Source: Negaprion brevirostris (lineage: Eukaryota). Taken from it: 64,000 nucleotides of DNA. Location: positions 31,756,569 to 31,820,568 of the forward strand of contig JARDVH010000073.1 of assembly GCA_030324005.1 (NCBI GenBank). The letters are read 5' to 3'. The notes beneath the pieces are model-generated. The model worked only from the letters and a program-made list of their open reading frames with translations, was not told the DNA's origin and ran no database searches. The position numbers were made by a program, and so were the translations under genes. Positions 13,377 through 27,374 of the stretch are shown here, piece by piece (within the stretch, counting starts at the first letter, position 1; each line of letters begins with the position of its first letter).

Positions 13377-13527
13377 AAGGCAAAATACTGTTGAAGCTGG
13401 AATCTGAAACAGGAACAGAAAGTGCTGAAGAAACTTAGCAAATCTGACAGCACTGTGGAGACAGAATAGAGCCAATGTTTCAAGTCAGGATGCCCATAAG
13501 TTTCTCCAGCAATTTCTGTTTTTGTTA
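13377..13527. mobile_element. Palindromic Penelope-like repeat remnant
   Basis: aacagaaagtgctgaagaaactt...aagtttctccagcaatttctgtt inverted arms, same family as 45035-45350. The family assignment is from memory. Confidence 0.5.
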
Positions 13528-16500
13528 GCTATTTAAGCATGCTTTCCACCAGAAATCACCAGTTAGAAGTCAGCAATATGTGCTCTGTTTACTCCTTTTA
13601 GCACCCCAAGGGCAAGTAAAGACAACGGCAGTATTCCTGTTCTTGCCTTAGCTGACAATAACTAACTTACCATAGACTAATGATCAAACCTGGTACTTTA
13701 CCTTGGTCTGTTGGCAGGTTGGTAATTTATCCACCGAGCTGTAAGAAAAATTGCAAATTTGTGTTTATTGGTGAAAATTAATTTCTTTTAAATTGATATG
13801 TGTATTAAACAGCATTATGACAGTAATTTGGGGTATTTCTTGAAACAAGACCACAAGTGTAAAGCTATCCCTTGTGGTAACTGTAATAATTGTGATAAGT
13901 CAAAACAAAAAAAAGACCTTTGTACCCTTTACGAATACAGAAGGACTTTCTGTTTTTTTGTTCGAGTCAGTAAGAGGAGAAAAGGTTACTTGAGTTTAAA
14001 TGGAGACAACAATTGGCTAGCTGTTTTCAAGGGAAAATATATAATTTGACCTTCACCCTTGGCAAAATTTAAAATTGTCATTTAAACTAACACTTCCTCA
14101 GTTAGCCAGATTGTCATAAATCATTTAAAAGGTCTTATTGAATCAACTGATGTTGAATAATTTTTTGGCATTTTAATCTTGTTGCAGTTGATTTGAGTAG
14201 CATTCCGTAAAAGAGTTGAAAACATTTCCAGGAAGCCAAGGACAGCTCTCTCTGTTTTCAGATATCTCTTATTAATAAGAAACCACATTATTAGTAAAGC
14301 GTTACCTTTTCTATAACCTATATTTCATTTTTAATTTTTGATTTGTTTGTCCAAATTTTTATCAGTTCAAAAAAATCCGTCTTGACTTGATCAAAATATG
14401 CTATCTTAAAGATAATGGAACACTGGGACAGGTGTACTGAACCTAATGGTCTTGTTAAAAATCTAGTGCACAATGTCAGTGTGCACGTAAGGATCACCTT
14501 TTTTTTTGAAAACGACTAGTAATTGAGGGAAAAACCAAGAGAAGAAAAATAATAATTTAATACACCTCGTAACGGGTTTCTGATTATGTGCCCTATTCTT
14601 CTCCCATCTCCATTTTTTTGTTAACAACACTGTATGAGAAAACATGGAGGCCTGGAATGTACACCGCATGAAGGAAAGGCAAACTGGAGTTTCCACCAGA
14701 TCACAATCTCTCATGTCGTTTTGGCAAACAAATGAATGATATTAGCAGAGGCCAAGGTGTAGTCTGCTCTGGATACACAATTATCGTGGACAAAATTTAT
14801 CAATTCCTTTTTATTGCCAAGTATCAATATATTTATACATGAAAGGCATGTGTTTCCTATCCCTCAAAGAGTTTGCCCAATTTAAATAATCTCAGCAATG
14901 AGCTTTTAGGGAGTTTTTTTTTAAAAAAGGGATATTTATTATCACATACTTGCTTAGGATTTTTAAAACGCGATGCCTTACTCGCTCAACACGCAAAGTT
15001 TAGATACAGAAGAAGTAAAACACTACTACAATTTATGATTGTCTCAGATTCTTTCATGGCAGGCCTGTAGTTTATTAGATGATTTGATGCTTTAATTGAA
15101 GTGAAAATCTTGTAAAGCAGAGGATTCTCACTAAGCAACAAGGATCTTATGGAAGGTCAAGGATTTGAGGTCATAATGAAACGTGTTTGACCTGGTTTGC
15201 AGTTTTGGAAATGGAGGCAGACAACGTTGTAACAATTCCAGTCAGCAGTCCAGCTGATGGACTGGAGCAGAGGTCTGAAATTCACTTAGGTGGAGTTAAA
15301 ATAATGACACTTTTGTTTCAGCTCAAGGCACTGGGGCAGGAGAGAAACTGAAAGAAGCGGAGTGAGTTTATGGCTGTGGCTGAAATAATTTGTCATCAGA
15401 TNNNNNNNNNNNNNNNNNNNNNNNNNNNNNNTTTCAAATGGCCACATTTTCTGCCAGTGCTCTGCTTGCACAGTTGTATGCTGATAGGCCTGGGTTAATG
15501 GCCGCCATATTTTTAAGGGGCATTTTGCAGCCATCACTGGCAGCAGGAGTAGAAAATTATGTGAATTTCTATCCTGGATATTACCAATGGATTTTGGATA
15601 TTCCATTTACAGGGGTAATAAGGCAAGGATTTGCAGACGGGAAACTAAAATCTTTTCCTGGTGGGATATTTTACTACAATTATGTTGGTCAATGTTTCTA
15701 AATGCTGCCTCATTAACCCAGTAATGAAGTGTATTGTAGGCAGTTGCAAATTTGTCTTGTTTAAGACTCACTGCGATGTACAATGCACCTATATTACTAG
15801 GAAGGTGAGACAGAGTTCAGAAAAACTGACCAGTGTGACGGCAGCAAAATATCCCACAAGGAAAAGACTTCAGTCTACCATCTTCAAATCCTTCCCTTCC
15901 TCCTGCCACTCCAAGTTCCAGGTTGTAGACTCCAACAGTAACATAATTAGATTTCTGCACAATCACATCCACTGTGCATGGGCAGGTGGGTATTGGCAGC
16001 CATCTTGTGTGGCCATCATGAGTTGGCAAGACACTGTTTTCTAATGAGCCACTTTATTAATAATCTTCCTTGGTACAAAATGTGTAGATGTTGTAGTCAG
16101 TTTCATCCAATTTGTTCAATAATTTATATTTTGTACAACCGCAATTTGTGTTCACATTATGAAAACTTGATGGTTGCCATTTAGATTTTTTTTAAAATGT
16201 GTTTTTGAAGCTCGAGAACACTAATCTCCTCTGCAGATTCAGCTGTAAGTAGGAGGAAGGATACGACAAATGCATATATAATGTGTGTTTCAGTTTTAGC
16301 ATTGCGCATTATTTGAAGATGAATTAGGTTTTTATATTTCTACAGGAACACAGTGCTAAAATGAGATTGTAAATTTTTAGCATTTAAAGCAATTTGCAAA
16401 ATAAACTTAATGTTCATGTAGGGATTCACATTTAATATTGTAAAAATCCGCAGACAAATGAAAACCACATGGAATGGGTAATTGCTTTCTGTTTAGTTTT

Positions 16501-16636
16501 GAAACATAAGGTTTAACTTAAGGTCTGACCAGTCTGTACTGAGAAACGGAGCACTAATTCTAAATTAGCCCAATTTTCCTACCTGGCCCAATGCACTGGA
16601 CACTTTTGGAATGCCCAATTTTTAAATCTATGCACT

Positions 16637-16845
16637 TAGAATGCCTGCAGTGCAGACGGAGGCCATTTGGCTCATCAAGTCTGCACCATCTCTCTGACAG
16701 AGCATCTTATCAAGGCCCATCCCCCTGCTGTTTCCTCGTAATCCCATATATTTATCCCGCTAATTCCCCTAGTCTACACATCTTGGGACATGAAGGATCA
16801 ATCTAGCATGGTCAATCGACATAATCCGCACATCTTTGGACCTGC
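16637..16845 (-). mobile_element. HE1-like SINE 3' half
   Basis: tagaatgcctgcagtgcagacggaggccatttggctc...tagcatggtcaatc..cgcacatctttggac. Confidence 0.7.
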
Positions 16846-19222
16846 AATTTATAAAAGGAAGTCCGTGAGAAGGGGCGATTTTTAAAGTTAACACATGTAC
16901 AGAGCCACAAAATATATTTGCTGCAAGGTGTGAAGTTCTGGATTTGAGAAGGTAAATCTGTGAGAGAAGAAGCCTGTACAATTGAAAGATTTGATGACTG
17001 AGCCTTCTTAGCAATTTTGTGATTTCTTCTTCACAATTGTTGTTAGGGACTGGGATGCATTATTATGAATGGAAACCAGCACAAAGACTGGAGGCACTTG
17101 TTTAACTAGTGTTAAGATGATTGTCTGTTGTTCATCAGTAGCTTTTTAACGAATGGATTTTTTTTAAGAATGAGATACTAAATGATTTGGAAGGTAGTGG
17201 TTTGTGTTTTGTGAATGGTATGTTTTGTCTCAAACATTTCCCACGCGACCTTTTGTTCTGCATGGGCCACTTTTTCTCTACAGACATGTACTGGATGCAA
17301 AACAATTATGTGGGTACATAGTGCATCTATTAATAATATTTGACAGAGTTGCTAAAGACTGTTTCATAATGTAAAATGATGGGAATGACATGCAAACTCT
17401 AGATCTATATGAAAAAGGGAGAAGTGGCAAGGGATGGAACAAGATCTCCAGTGTAATTTCAGCACAAGAAGTGAAACTTTTACATTAAATATACTACTGA
17501 TTATTTTGAAATTGCTGTTGTAATTCAGGTGATGGATTGGATTTTGTGTCAACATATTAATGTCTTTTGCTGAAGTTATAACAATCAATCTGTCTTTGAA
17601 TACTTAACTTTTTTCATGGTTCTTTCTGCTGCTTTTCATAAACAGAATTGTATTTATCATTCTATTTATCATTCTATCTAATGCACAAATATTTTGAAAT
17701 TATGCCCTTGTCCCTGAGCAGCAATATTTGTGATTAGATGTCTGAAATGTTTAGTTAAAGCACACAACGTACATTTTATTTCCTTAAAAAAAAGAGATAA
17801 CATGGTCCTTACGTGAGGGAAGAGAGAAAATGGCAGAATATAAGATGGGAGCATGGAGCAATTCTGAAATGGAAAGATTGGAGTCCAAGAGAATGTCTGA
17901 CAGGAGAACAGCAACTGGGCGACATTGGAGTAGGATAAGATTGAGCCTAAGAGGAATGACATAAATTTGATTTTGGTTCCCTGAAGATAGGGGAGTTATC
18001 TGTATAAAATTTAAAGTTGAGACTGGGTGGGAGTGGCAAATCATCAGTTTTGGGGTATGTGTTGAGCTGGGAATTTGAAGAGCAGGCCATGTAATGGGTT
18101 CAGTTATTAGGTCAGCCCTGCAATAGGATTGTGCATTCAGTGTACGCATTGTGATGGAACCTGATGTGCAGTTATGATGTGCTGGTCTGTTTAAAGTAGA
18201 ACAATGAATCACATTTGGGTGGGTTGGGTTGTGAAATACTGGGGAAGGGTGTATCTGAGATGAAAGCATGGTCGATCTTTCAAGAGCCCAGTCAACCCTC
18301 CAAAATCCTCCCACCAACATTTGGGGATCCGTGCCAAATTTGGGAGAATGTGTACCAGCCTGATATAGTTGTATGTTGACTTCTATCAGACTCTTCCACC
18401 ACCATCCCTGGGAATGTTTGTTTTCCCAGCACATGACAAACCAAGCAGAGATGCCACCACAATTGTATACAATCAGGAAGAAGTGCCCTGGGAACCCTCA
18501 ATATTGACACCAAACCCCATGAAGTCTCATGGAATCAGGTCAAACATGGGCAAGGAAACCTTCTCCTGATTACAACCTACTGACCCTCCATGTTGAATAC
18601 CTCATGGAAGACACATTGACGATAGCAAGGCCACAGAATAAACAGTGGGGTGGGTGATTTCAGTGTTCCCTCACCTAAGGGTGGTTTGATAACCACATTA
18701 CTGACCACACTTATCAATTCCTGAATGATGTAGCTGCCAGATCGAGTGTCCAGTAATTGGTGAGAGAAGGGAAACCTCGCCCTTGCTGATGCATCTGTCA
18801 TTGACAGTGTTGCAACCTGTGGTAGGAGCGACCATCATACAGTCCTTTCGAACCAAAATCCCATCTTCACACTGAACATACCCTCCATCCTGCTCTGTGC
18901 CAACACCTCTATAATGGTATGGGTTCAGAGCAGATCTAGAGCATCACGATGATGATCCATGATCCTGCAGCTGAATTGTATTCCACAATCTCTAATCCCA
19001 TGTCTGGTATGTTCCTCACTCTGTCATCAAGCTAGAAGATCATTCCTGGTTCCTTAAGGAGTGGAGCAGAACATGCAAAACCAACAGTAGGATTACCTCA
19101 AAATGACCAGCTACAAGACAATTCCTGATTAAACCGTGGAAGTAGCATGTTAGAAAGAGAAGTAATTCCACAATCATTATCTCAGATCAAAGTTCTACAG
19201 TCCTGCTACATCCAACTGTGAA

Positions 19223-19355
19223 TGATTTGATTTGATTTATTATTGTCACATGTATTGGGATACAGTGAAGAACATGGTTTCTTGCGTGCTATAGAGACAA
19301 AGCATACCGTTCATAGAGTACCTCAGGGAGCAGAAAGAGGGAGGGTGCAGAATAT
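19223..19355 (-). mobile_element. Rex1 3' tail inserted in LINE B
   Basis: tgatttgatttgatttattattgtcacatgtattgg, the reverse complement of the tail at ~9810-9846. Confidence 0.8.
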
Positions 19356-19479
19356 AATATGAGATTGAAATAGGGCATTATTAGAGAGCTTAAAAGAGTT
19401 AGAGTAGAGTTTTAAAAGCATAGAACGAGAGTAAAAGATAGAATTAGAGGGTATGTTAGGGACAGCTTTCAAGAAGTCA

Positions 19480-19690
19480 CCTTGTTGCAGCACCTTCTTT
19501 GTTCAAGTCTTCTGGGATTCCTTCTGTTATAAAAGTTAAAGGTAAGAGTCTTAAAGTCTACTGGAATTTTGAAGTTGCCTGGTGATTATTTCATTTGGGC
19601 CTTTGGCATCGTTGTTTTTCATCTTAATTATCACTATTCTCACTTTGTCTTTCATGATCCTTGGACCACCCATATTTATCTTAATTGTTG
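19480..19690 (-). mobile_element. Possible RTE-clade LINE fragment
   Basis: Minus strand reads GPRIMKDKVRIVIIKMKNNDAKGPNEII, like the RTE pre-RT motif EVxxAIxKMKxxKAxGPD. Confidence 0.45.
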
Positions 19691-21766
19691 GAGGAAATGG
19701 TGTGGACAATTAAACTAATGGGAGGAGGAATCTCCATGAGTATCCCCATCCTCAGTGTTAGCAGAGACCAGCTTGTGAGTGTAAAAGATAAGGCTGAAGC
19801 TTTTTCAGATATCTTCCAGCAGAAGAGTGTGGTGAATTTTCCATCTAGGTCTTCACTGTGCTCCCTAACTTCAAAGATGTCAATCTTCAATCAATTTAGT
19901 TTAGCCCATGTGATATCAGGAAATATCTGAAGGGACTGGATCCAATAGAGACTATGAACCATACAACATCCAGACAGTAATGATGAAACTTGTGCTCCAG
20001 AACTACCCTCATCTAGCTGTTGCATGATGGCTACACCATTGACATCTGGAAATTTGCTTGGCTATGTCCTGTCCCCTACAATCACAACAATCCCATATGA
20101 TCAACTACTGTTCCAATGGTCTGCTGTCCAGCATCAGAAAGGTGCTTGAAAGTGTTGTTGATGGTGCTATTCAGGTAATAGTTACTTATGAAAAACATGC
20201 TCACTGATGCTTAGAACAATTTGGCTTCAGATCTTGTTACAACCTTTGTGCAAGTATGGACTAAAGAGCTATGTTCCTGAGAAAAGGTGAGAGTGGCTGC
20301 TCATGACATTAAGGAAGCATTTGATTAGGTGTGGCATCAAAGAATCTGAGGAAAATGAGAATTGCGGGTTAAATCTCAATCAGCCAGAATCATACTTGGT
20401 GCAAAGGAAGGTGACGGCTCTAGTTGTTGGAGACTAATCATCTCAAATGCAAGACATTACTGCCGGAGTTCCTCAAGGCAGTGTTTTAGGTCCAACATCT
20501 TCAGTTGTTCCATCAATTATCCCCCTTAAGTCATTAGATTAGAAATGTGAGGGTATTCACCAATGATTACAGAGTGTTCTGTTCTATTCACAACTTCTCA
20601 GATAATGGCGTAATTTACATCTGCACTGAGCCAGCATTTGAATTTGGACTGATGAACGACAAATAACATTCATGCCGCTCGACTGCTAGACAATCTCTGA
20701 CAAGAGGATGTCTAACCACCTCTTTCTTGTCATTCAATAGCATAATCATCATTCAGTGGCAACTTTGAATCCCTTGCCATCAACATCCCGGGGGGGTCAC
20801 CATTGACTAGAAGTGGAACAGGACGAGCCACATAAATACTGTGGCTAATGAGCAGGACAGAGACTAGGAACTCTCTGTTACGTGTCTCATTTCCTTACCC
20901 CGTACAACCCTCCCCACCCCTCCCGGCCGAACGCCTTTCCATCACCTACAAGGCATAAGTCAGGTGTGTGCTGGAATACTCTCCACTTGCCTAGATGAAT
21001 GCATCTCCAACAACACTCAAACTTAACATCAACCAGGACAAAATAGCTTGCTTGTTGGGCACCCCATTCATCAGCTTAACCATTCACTTCCTTAAACCCG
21101 CCCCCCCCCCCATCAAATTGTGGCTGGTGTGTGGCTTGTACAANNNNNNNNNNNNNNNNNNNNNNNNNNNNNNNNNNNNNNNNNNNNNNNNNNNNNNNNN
21201 NNNNNNNNNNNNNNNNNNNNNNNNNNNNNNNNNNNNNNNNNNNCCTAAACATAGTAGCACCATGGGAATACGAGTGCCTTCACCACACAGGCCGCAGTGA
21301 TTTTAGAAGGCATTGCACCACCCCTTTCTCATAGGGAATTGGTATTAAATGCTGGCCTAGCCAGTGATATCCATATTACATGAAAGCATTTTTAAAAAGC
21401 CGAGGGGAATGCATAAAAGTGGTGAAAATTGAGGGGTAGTGGGAATGATTGGATAAAAGTATTGGCACCTTTGTGATTTTCTTAAAGTTCTTTTTGTTAT
21501 ATTGTAAATTTTATCTTTTGTGGCAAGTTAGCAGAGTGGTGGGAGGTTATCATGGCAACTGTATGAGAGGCTTTGTTACTGCATTGCGATGGGAATGTTT
21601 TTGGGGAATTTGAGGAAATCTTTTGCTTTTGAGCAATATGATTTATGAAATATGAAAATAGAATGCAGCCACTTAGAAAGTAGAAGAAATATAAACCCAT
21701 GAGGAAGAAGAATATTGATATTATGATCACTCTGGACAAGCAAAAAGTTATTCTGTGGCTGGATAT

Positions 21767-22030
21767 AGGGTTGGACAGTGGTTAGCACTGCTGCCTCACA
21801 GCATCAGGAACCTGGGTTCGATTCCCAGCTTGGGTCACTGTCTGTGTGGAGTCTGCACGTTCTCCTTCTGTCTGTATGTGTTTTCTCCAGGTGCTCCAGT
21901 TACCGCCCACAGTCCAAGAGTCTCGCTGGTTAGATGCATTGGCCGTGCTAAATTCTCCATCCATNNNNNNNNNNCTTCATCGCAGTGTTAATGTAAGCAT
22001 ACATGTGACACAATTAAATAAACTTAAATA
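21767..22030 (+). mobile_element. HE1-like SINE, alternative tail
   Basis: gacagtggttagcactgctgcctcacagc..gggttcgattcc..V-domain..cttcatcgcagtgttaatgtaagc. Confidence 0.85.
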
Positions 22031-22534
22031 TGTTTCACAGAGTTCACCTGAATTTGGCCAAGTCAGTAAACAGAATGAGGGACTTCCAATGTAAGTTAGA
22101 TCTTGCACAAAAATTGAGTTTCCGCAACCTCTTATGTTTAAAATGTTTAGGTTTAAAGTGGGCAGAGAGCCAGCAGCCCTCTGCCTAGTGAACTGCCCAT
22201 ATCCCCAAATTGAGTGTGGCAAATTTCTGCGAGTTGTGTTTACAAGTTTCAATTAGGCTCTTTTTAAAATCACTCTAATGTTCGTTTTCTAAAATGTTGC
22301 CTGATGGTGGAAAATTTTGCATTTGCAATTATGCAAAGGAGTTTGTATTTAAACTTGAACCATAACTTCTTCTTGGAAAATTAGCATAATTTTAAACACA
22401 ATTTGCACCAAAATTGCCAATTGTGCCCAAAGCAGAAATTTTACCCCGTAATCAGATAATAAAATATTTTGTGTACCCTTCTACATCATGTTATTATCAA
22501 CTTTTTCTCAATGTTCTCCCTAAAACTGTAAAAA

Positions 22535-22940
22535 TTTCACTTGTATTGCACTTTAGCACAGTAAAAAGTCCCAAGGAATTTTGTACAAGCAAAGCCAGAC
22601 AAAAGTTGACATGCCGTCAAGTATGGAAACATTGGGATGGGTGAAAAAAGTTTGGTCAAAGAAGTAGGTTTTAAAATGGGTCTTAAGGTGCAGAACAAGG
22701 CAGAGGGGTTTCCAGAGGGAATTCCAGAGCTTAGGGCTGAGATAGCTGCTGGGTGCAGGAAGTGGGGAATGCACAACAGGACAGGATTAGAGGAATGCAG
22801 ACTCTTAGAAGTTCGTAGGTCAGGAGGAAGTTAGAGTTGCGGAGTGGCAAAGACGTAGGGTTTGAATATGAAAATAATTTTCAAATGGATACATTTGGGG
22901 ACCTGGAGTCAAGTTAAATCAGCAATTACAGATGATTGGT
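22535..22940 (-). mobile_element. L2 LINE 3' end
   Basis: Minus strand PKLWNSLWKPL..LKTHFKTYFFDQ (L2 C-terminus), followed by an L2-type tail. Confidence 0.7.
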
Positions 22941-24689
22941 CTGCTCTGCTGTACACTTTTCAGTTTCAGTGAATAGCAGATAGGAGAACTTGACATATTA
23001 TGCAAGGCAAAAGATCTTTCCACTTTTTTTCTAGTACATTTCTACAAGGTATTGTGTTTGTAATCGGTGGCAAACTTATAGATTACTGCAGCACTGTGTC
23101 AAAATTGAATCTTAATATCAATTTTTGACTCTGTTGGCTTTCAGATGTAGGTTATTCAACCTATCATCGAAAGACTGAAACTGAAGTTGTTCAAGAAAGT
23201 GTACCAAGGCAGAGGCAAAGCAATGATGGATCAGAGATGGACAGACAGCAGAATAGTCTTTCTTACAATTTTATTGCTGCTTCGTTTGTGAGCTGCTAAA
23301 CCTAGCCTCTGGCAGTGACAAATTGAATTTTGATGATCCAGATAGAATATGTGTGGGGAGATGCGGGCCGCAGAGGATGGTGGGGTGTGGGTTCCCACTG
23401 TATACCTGATCTTAGACAACCTTTAATTGCTGGGGGAATTGGATATGTGCTACTCTAATTACACTTGCACTGTACTTAATTGAAAGAGAATAATTGCCCT
23501 ATGGGAGGGAGTGTTGAGTAAAACAAAATTTATACAGTATATTTAAGCACAATGCTATTCCTGTCCAATTTGATGAAAGCCAAGTGTGCAGAGTTAAAAG
23601 TGTTCCATGTGCACATATAGCTTCAAAATTAACAAGGCAAATATAAAGTGACAGAAAATTCCAGAGAAAAATAAACAGCTTCTTGTCCGTTTTATTAAAG
23701 TCCGGGCAGTTTTGTGCAGTGGGTCACGGTTCAACAGAAACCGCTTTAAGTCTGTCAAAATTCATTTTGTATACTACATGCAGGGAAGAAAAATAGAGAA
23801 TTTAGGAGTAATTTTGACCTAACACTTAATATTCCCCAACTTTATCTGTCATTAACTGTGGTGGACATTAAAATTAGATGTGATGTAAAACAGGCGGCTA
23901 ATCCAGACCCACTCTTACCTGCCTGAGGAGGTGGATTAGAATTGCTGCCTTTGATTCCATCAGTTCGAGTTGGGTTGTAGCTCAGAAACCAAAAGTGAAA
24001 GAACAGCATGCTAGACCTTCCACTCAGTCCCCATTTATTGTTTGTTATTTAATAGTCTTCTTACCCTGATTTGGCATTGTACAAGGAAAGAAAAAGTCAA
24101 AGTCACTTGGATACACAAGCGAACAGTTACTGTTTGAATTCTAAGTGTTCTGTAGGACACCACCACATGTGCATTTGCAGCCCTGAAACCAATTGAAATT
24201 GAATGTAATACAATAAGTCCTCACAATGACTGCCTTCTTGTAAATTACAACTTTAAGTGAATTGTGGGTTCCTGCTTACCCAAATAAACTAACGTACAAT
24301 TTAAGATACTGTACCATATGTGCAACACTCTGCATAGCTTGCTGGAGTAAGTTGCAAAATAAAATAAATTGCTGAATATACTGGCAATACTATATACATT
24401 GAAATTAGATAACATCAGATTATCCCAAAAAAAGCCCTGAGTAGCCCTGCTTCTGTGTCTCACAAACAGCACTTCTGGAGCTTGGCACAACTTTTTGCTT
24501 GCTTTCTTTTCCCACTGTGAGTGTCTCTCCCGCACCCTGCTTTCCATGTTTGTGTCTCTCATTCTTTTCCTTCCCACTCTCTCTGTCTTGCTTCTTTCCA
24601 CTCTGCTCACACTGTTGGTGGATGGGGGGATGGAGCCACAGATGAAGCTGGGAGCAGAGAGTGAGACACAGATGGAGCTGGACGGTCCT

Positions 24690-26690
24690 TAGATGGAGCC
24701 AGAGTTTGACCCAGCGACAGTGAAAGAGCTGAGGTATAATTCCAAATCAGGGTGGTGAGTGGCTTGGAGGGGAACTTGCAGGTGGTGGTGTTCCCATGTA
24801 CCTGTTGCCCATGTCCTCCTAGGTAGTGGAGGCCGTGGGTTTGGAAGGTGCCATTGAAAGACCTTGGTGAGTTGCTGCAGGATATCTTTAGATAGTACAT
24901 GATGCTACCACTGTGCACCACTGTTGGAGGGAGTGAATGTTTGTGGAAGGGATGTCAATGAAACAGATTGCTTTGTCCTAGATGGCTTTGAGCTCCTTGA
25001 GTGTTGTTGGAGCTGCACTTATTCAGGTGAGTGAAGAGTTATACATTCAACTCCTGACGTGTACCTTGGAGATAGCGGACTGGCTTTGGGGAGTAAGGAG
25101 ATAAGTTATTTTCTGCAGGATTACTAGCCTAGTACCTTCTCATGTAGCCACGGCATTTATATGGTTCAGTTCAGTTTCGGGTCACTGGTAATCCTTTACG
25201 ATGTTGAACGTGGTGGATTCAGTGATGGCAATGCTACTGAATGTCAAAGAGGGATGGTTGGATCCTCTCTCGTTGGAGTTGTGTGGTGCTAGTGTTACTT
25301 GCCATTTATCAGNNNNNNNNNNNNNNNNNNNNNNNNNNNNNNNNNNNNNNNNNNNNNNNNNNNNNNNNNNNNNNNNNNNNNNNNNNNNNNNNNNNNNNNN
25401 NNNNNNNNNNNNAGCTCAAGCCTGAATCTTGTCTAGGTCGCTGCATTTGGAACTGGACTGTTTCAATATCTGGGGAGTCATGAATGGTGCTGAACATTGT
25501 GCAATCATCTGCAAACACCTCCGCTTAGAGTGGAGGGAATGTCATTGATGAAGCAGCTGCAGATAGTTGGACCTAGCGCACTAACCCTGAGAAACTCCTG
25601 CAATGATGTCCCGAGACTTGAGATGATGGAGCTCCAACAACCACAACCATCTTTCTTTGGGCTAAACTGTAATCAATGGAGGGTTTTTCCCCTGAATCCC
25701 ATGGACTCCAGATTTGCTTGGGCTCCCCGATGTCACACTCAGGCAAATCCTGCCTTAATGTCAAGAGTAGTTACTCTCACCCCACATCTGGAATTCAGCA
25801 CTTTTATCTATGTTTGAACCAAGGGTGCAGTAAAGTCAGGAGCTAAGTGACCCTGACAGAACCAAGACTGAGTATCAGTGAGGAAGTTATTGCTGAGTAA
25901 GTACCACCTGATAGCACTGTTGAGGAAACTTTCCATCGCTTTACTGATGATTGAGAATATACTGATGGGGTGGTATTTGGCTGGGTTGGATTTTTCCTGC
26001 ATTTTGTGGACCAGAGCATACCTGGACAATTTTTCACGTTGGGTAGAAGTCAGTGCTGTAACTGTACTGGAACAGCATGGTTGTGAGCACGGCTATTTCT
26101 GAAGCCAGAATGTTGTCAGAGTCCATAGCCTTTGCAACACTCAGTGCACTCGGTTGTTTCTTGGCATCACATGGAGTGAATCATATTGGTTGAAGACTGG
26201 CACCTGTGATGGTGGGGACGTTCTGAGATGGATCATCCCCTCAACACTTCTGGCTGAAAATCAGTCTTATCTTTTGCAGTGATGTGCTGGGCTTTGCCAT
26301 TGTTGAGGATGGGGATATCTGTGGAGCTTCCTCCTGCAGTGAGTTGTTTAATTGTCTACCACCATCCATGGCTGGATGTGGCAGAACTACAGAACTTTGA
26401 TCTGTGTGGGATTGCTAAACCCTGTCCGTCACATGCTGTTTCCACTGTTTGGCGTGCAAGTAGTCCTTGTAGCTTCACCAAGTTGACACTTCACTTTTAA
26501 GGCATGCCTGGTGCTGCTNNNNNNNNNNGAACACTTCATTGAACCAGGGTAATCTCTCATCTTGATGTGCCAGGATGATATGCCAGGTGAGGAGATTACA
26601 CCTTATGGTTCAGTATACCTCTGCTGCTGCTGCTGATGGTCCACGGTGCTTTGTGAATGCTCAGTTTTGAGTTGCTAGGTCTGATCCAAA
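24690..26690 (-). mobile_element. LINE family B ORF2/RT, decayed
   Basis: MFADDCTMFSTI; KSNPAKYHPISIFSIISKAMES. Homologous to 18330-21400. Confidence 0.88.
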
Positions 26691-27084
26691 CCCAGAAACA
26701 GAGTGTAGGTGACCATGGAAGGTGGGTGATTTATGAGGCAGGACCAGCCTGCCTGAGTTTTCTGGGACTTAGTCCCAGTTGGATTATAAAATTTTAGGCC
26801 CTCTAGTTGTCGCCCATTAAGCCCCCCACCCCCCACATTCATGCCCCAAGCCAACTTGTAAAATATTCATCTTGGGCCAACCTCAGGAACCATGTAGAAA
26901 TGAAGCATTGGATTTCTCATTTTCTGGCAGAATGGAACAGGGGGTGGGAAAAATGGGATGGAAGCTGCCAGCCCCAAAGGCAACTTCCTCCACTGTATTT
27001 ATAACCTCTTAGAGAAGGAAAGTGAAAGGTCAGGTCCCACAACATCATGGGCTCAAGGTTTTGAAAGGCCAGGGCACCATTTTT

Positions 27085-27365
27085 AAAATGCCAGCTGACT
27101 CAATCTCTCATCGTGTGACAATCCTGCCATCCCGGAAATCAATCTGGTGAACCTTCGCTTCACTCCCTCAATGGTGAGTTTATCCTTCCTTGGATAAGGA
27201 GACCAAAACTACTCTAGCTGTGGTCTCCCCAAGGTCCTGTACATTGCAGTAAGACATCCTTGCGCCTGTACTTAAGTCCTCTTGCAATGATGGCCAACCT
27301 ACCATTTGGCTTCCTAACTGCTTGTTGTGCCTGCAAGCTTGCTTTTAGTAACTGGTGCACTAGAA
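27085..27365 (-). mobile_element. CR1 LINE fragment
   Basis: Reverse complement of the CR1 region ...gttttggtctccttatccaaggaaggat..gagggagtgaagcgaaggttcaccagattgatttccgggatg. Confidence 0.7.
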
Positions 27366-27374
27366 CATCTGTGT

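Larger units (their letters stand above)
18330..21400 (+). mobile_element. Long decayed LINE family B (endonuclease, RT and 3' end) with internal insertions
   Basis: GDF-like gtgggtgatttcagt and DH motif agcgaccatc in the endonuclease, GVPQGSVLGP (ggagttcctcaaggcagtgttttaggtcca, ~20466), family B tail at ~21350-21400. Many stops and frameshifts. Confidence 0.85.

Noticed and set aside
16242-16249. Possible 8-nt microexon (ctgcag|attcagct|gtaagt)
   Set aside because: Such motif pairs arise by chance in 64 kb, and there is no supporting evidence.
17784-18434. 216-aa minus-strand ORF
   Set aside because: No recognisable domain, overlaps decayed repeat sequence, and has no splice or codon support.
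23145-23300. Exon-like stretch after ttggctttcag (DVGYSTYHRKTETEVVQESVPRQRQ...)
   Set aside because: No recognisable homology and only a weak donor. Cannot be supported without transcript data.
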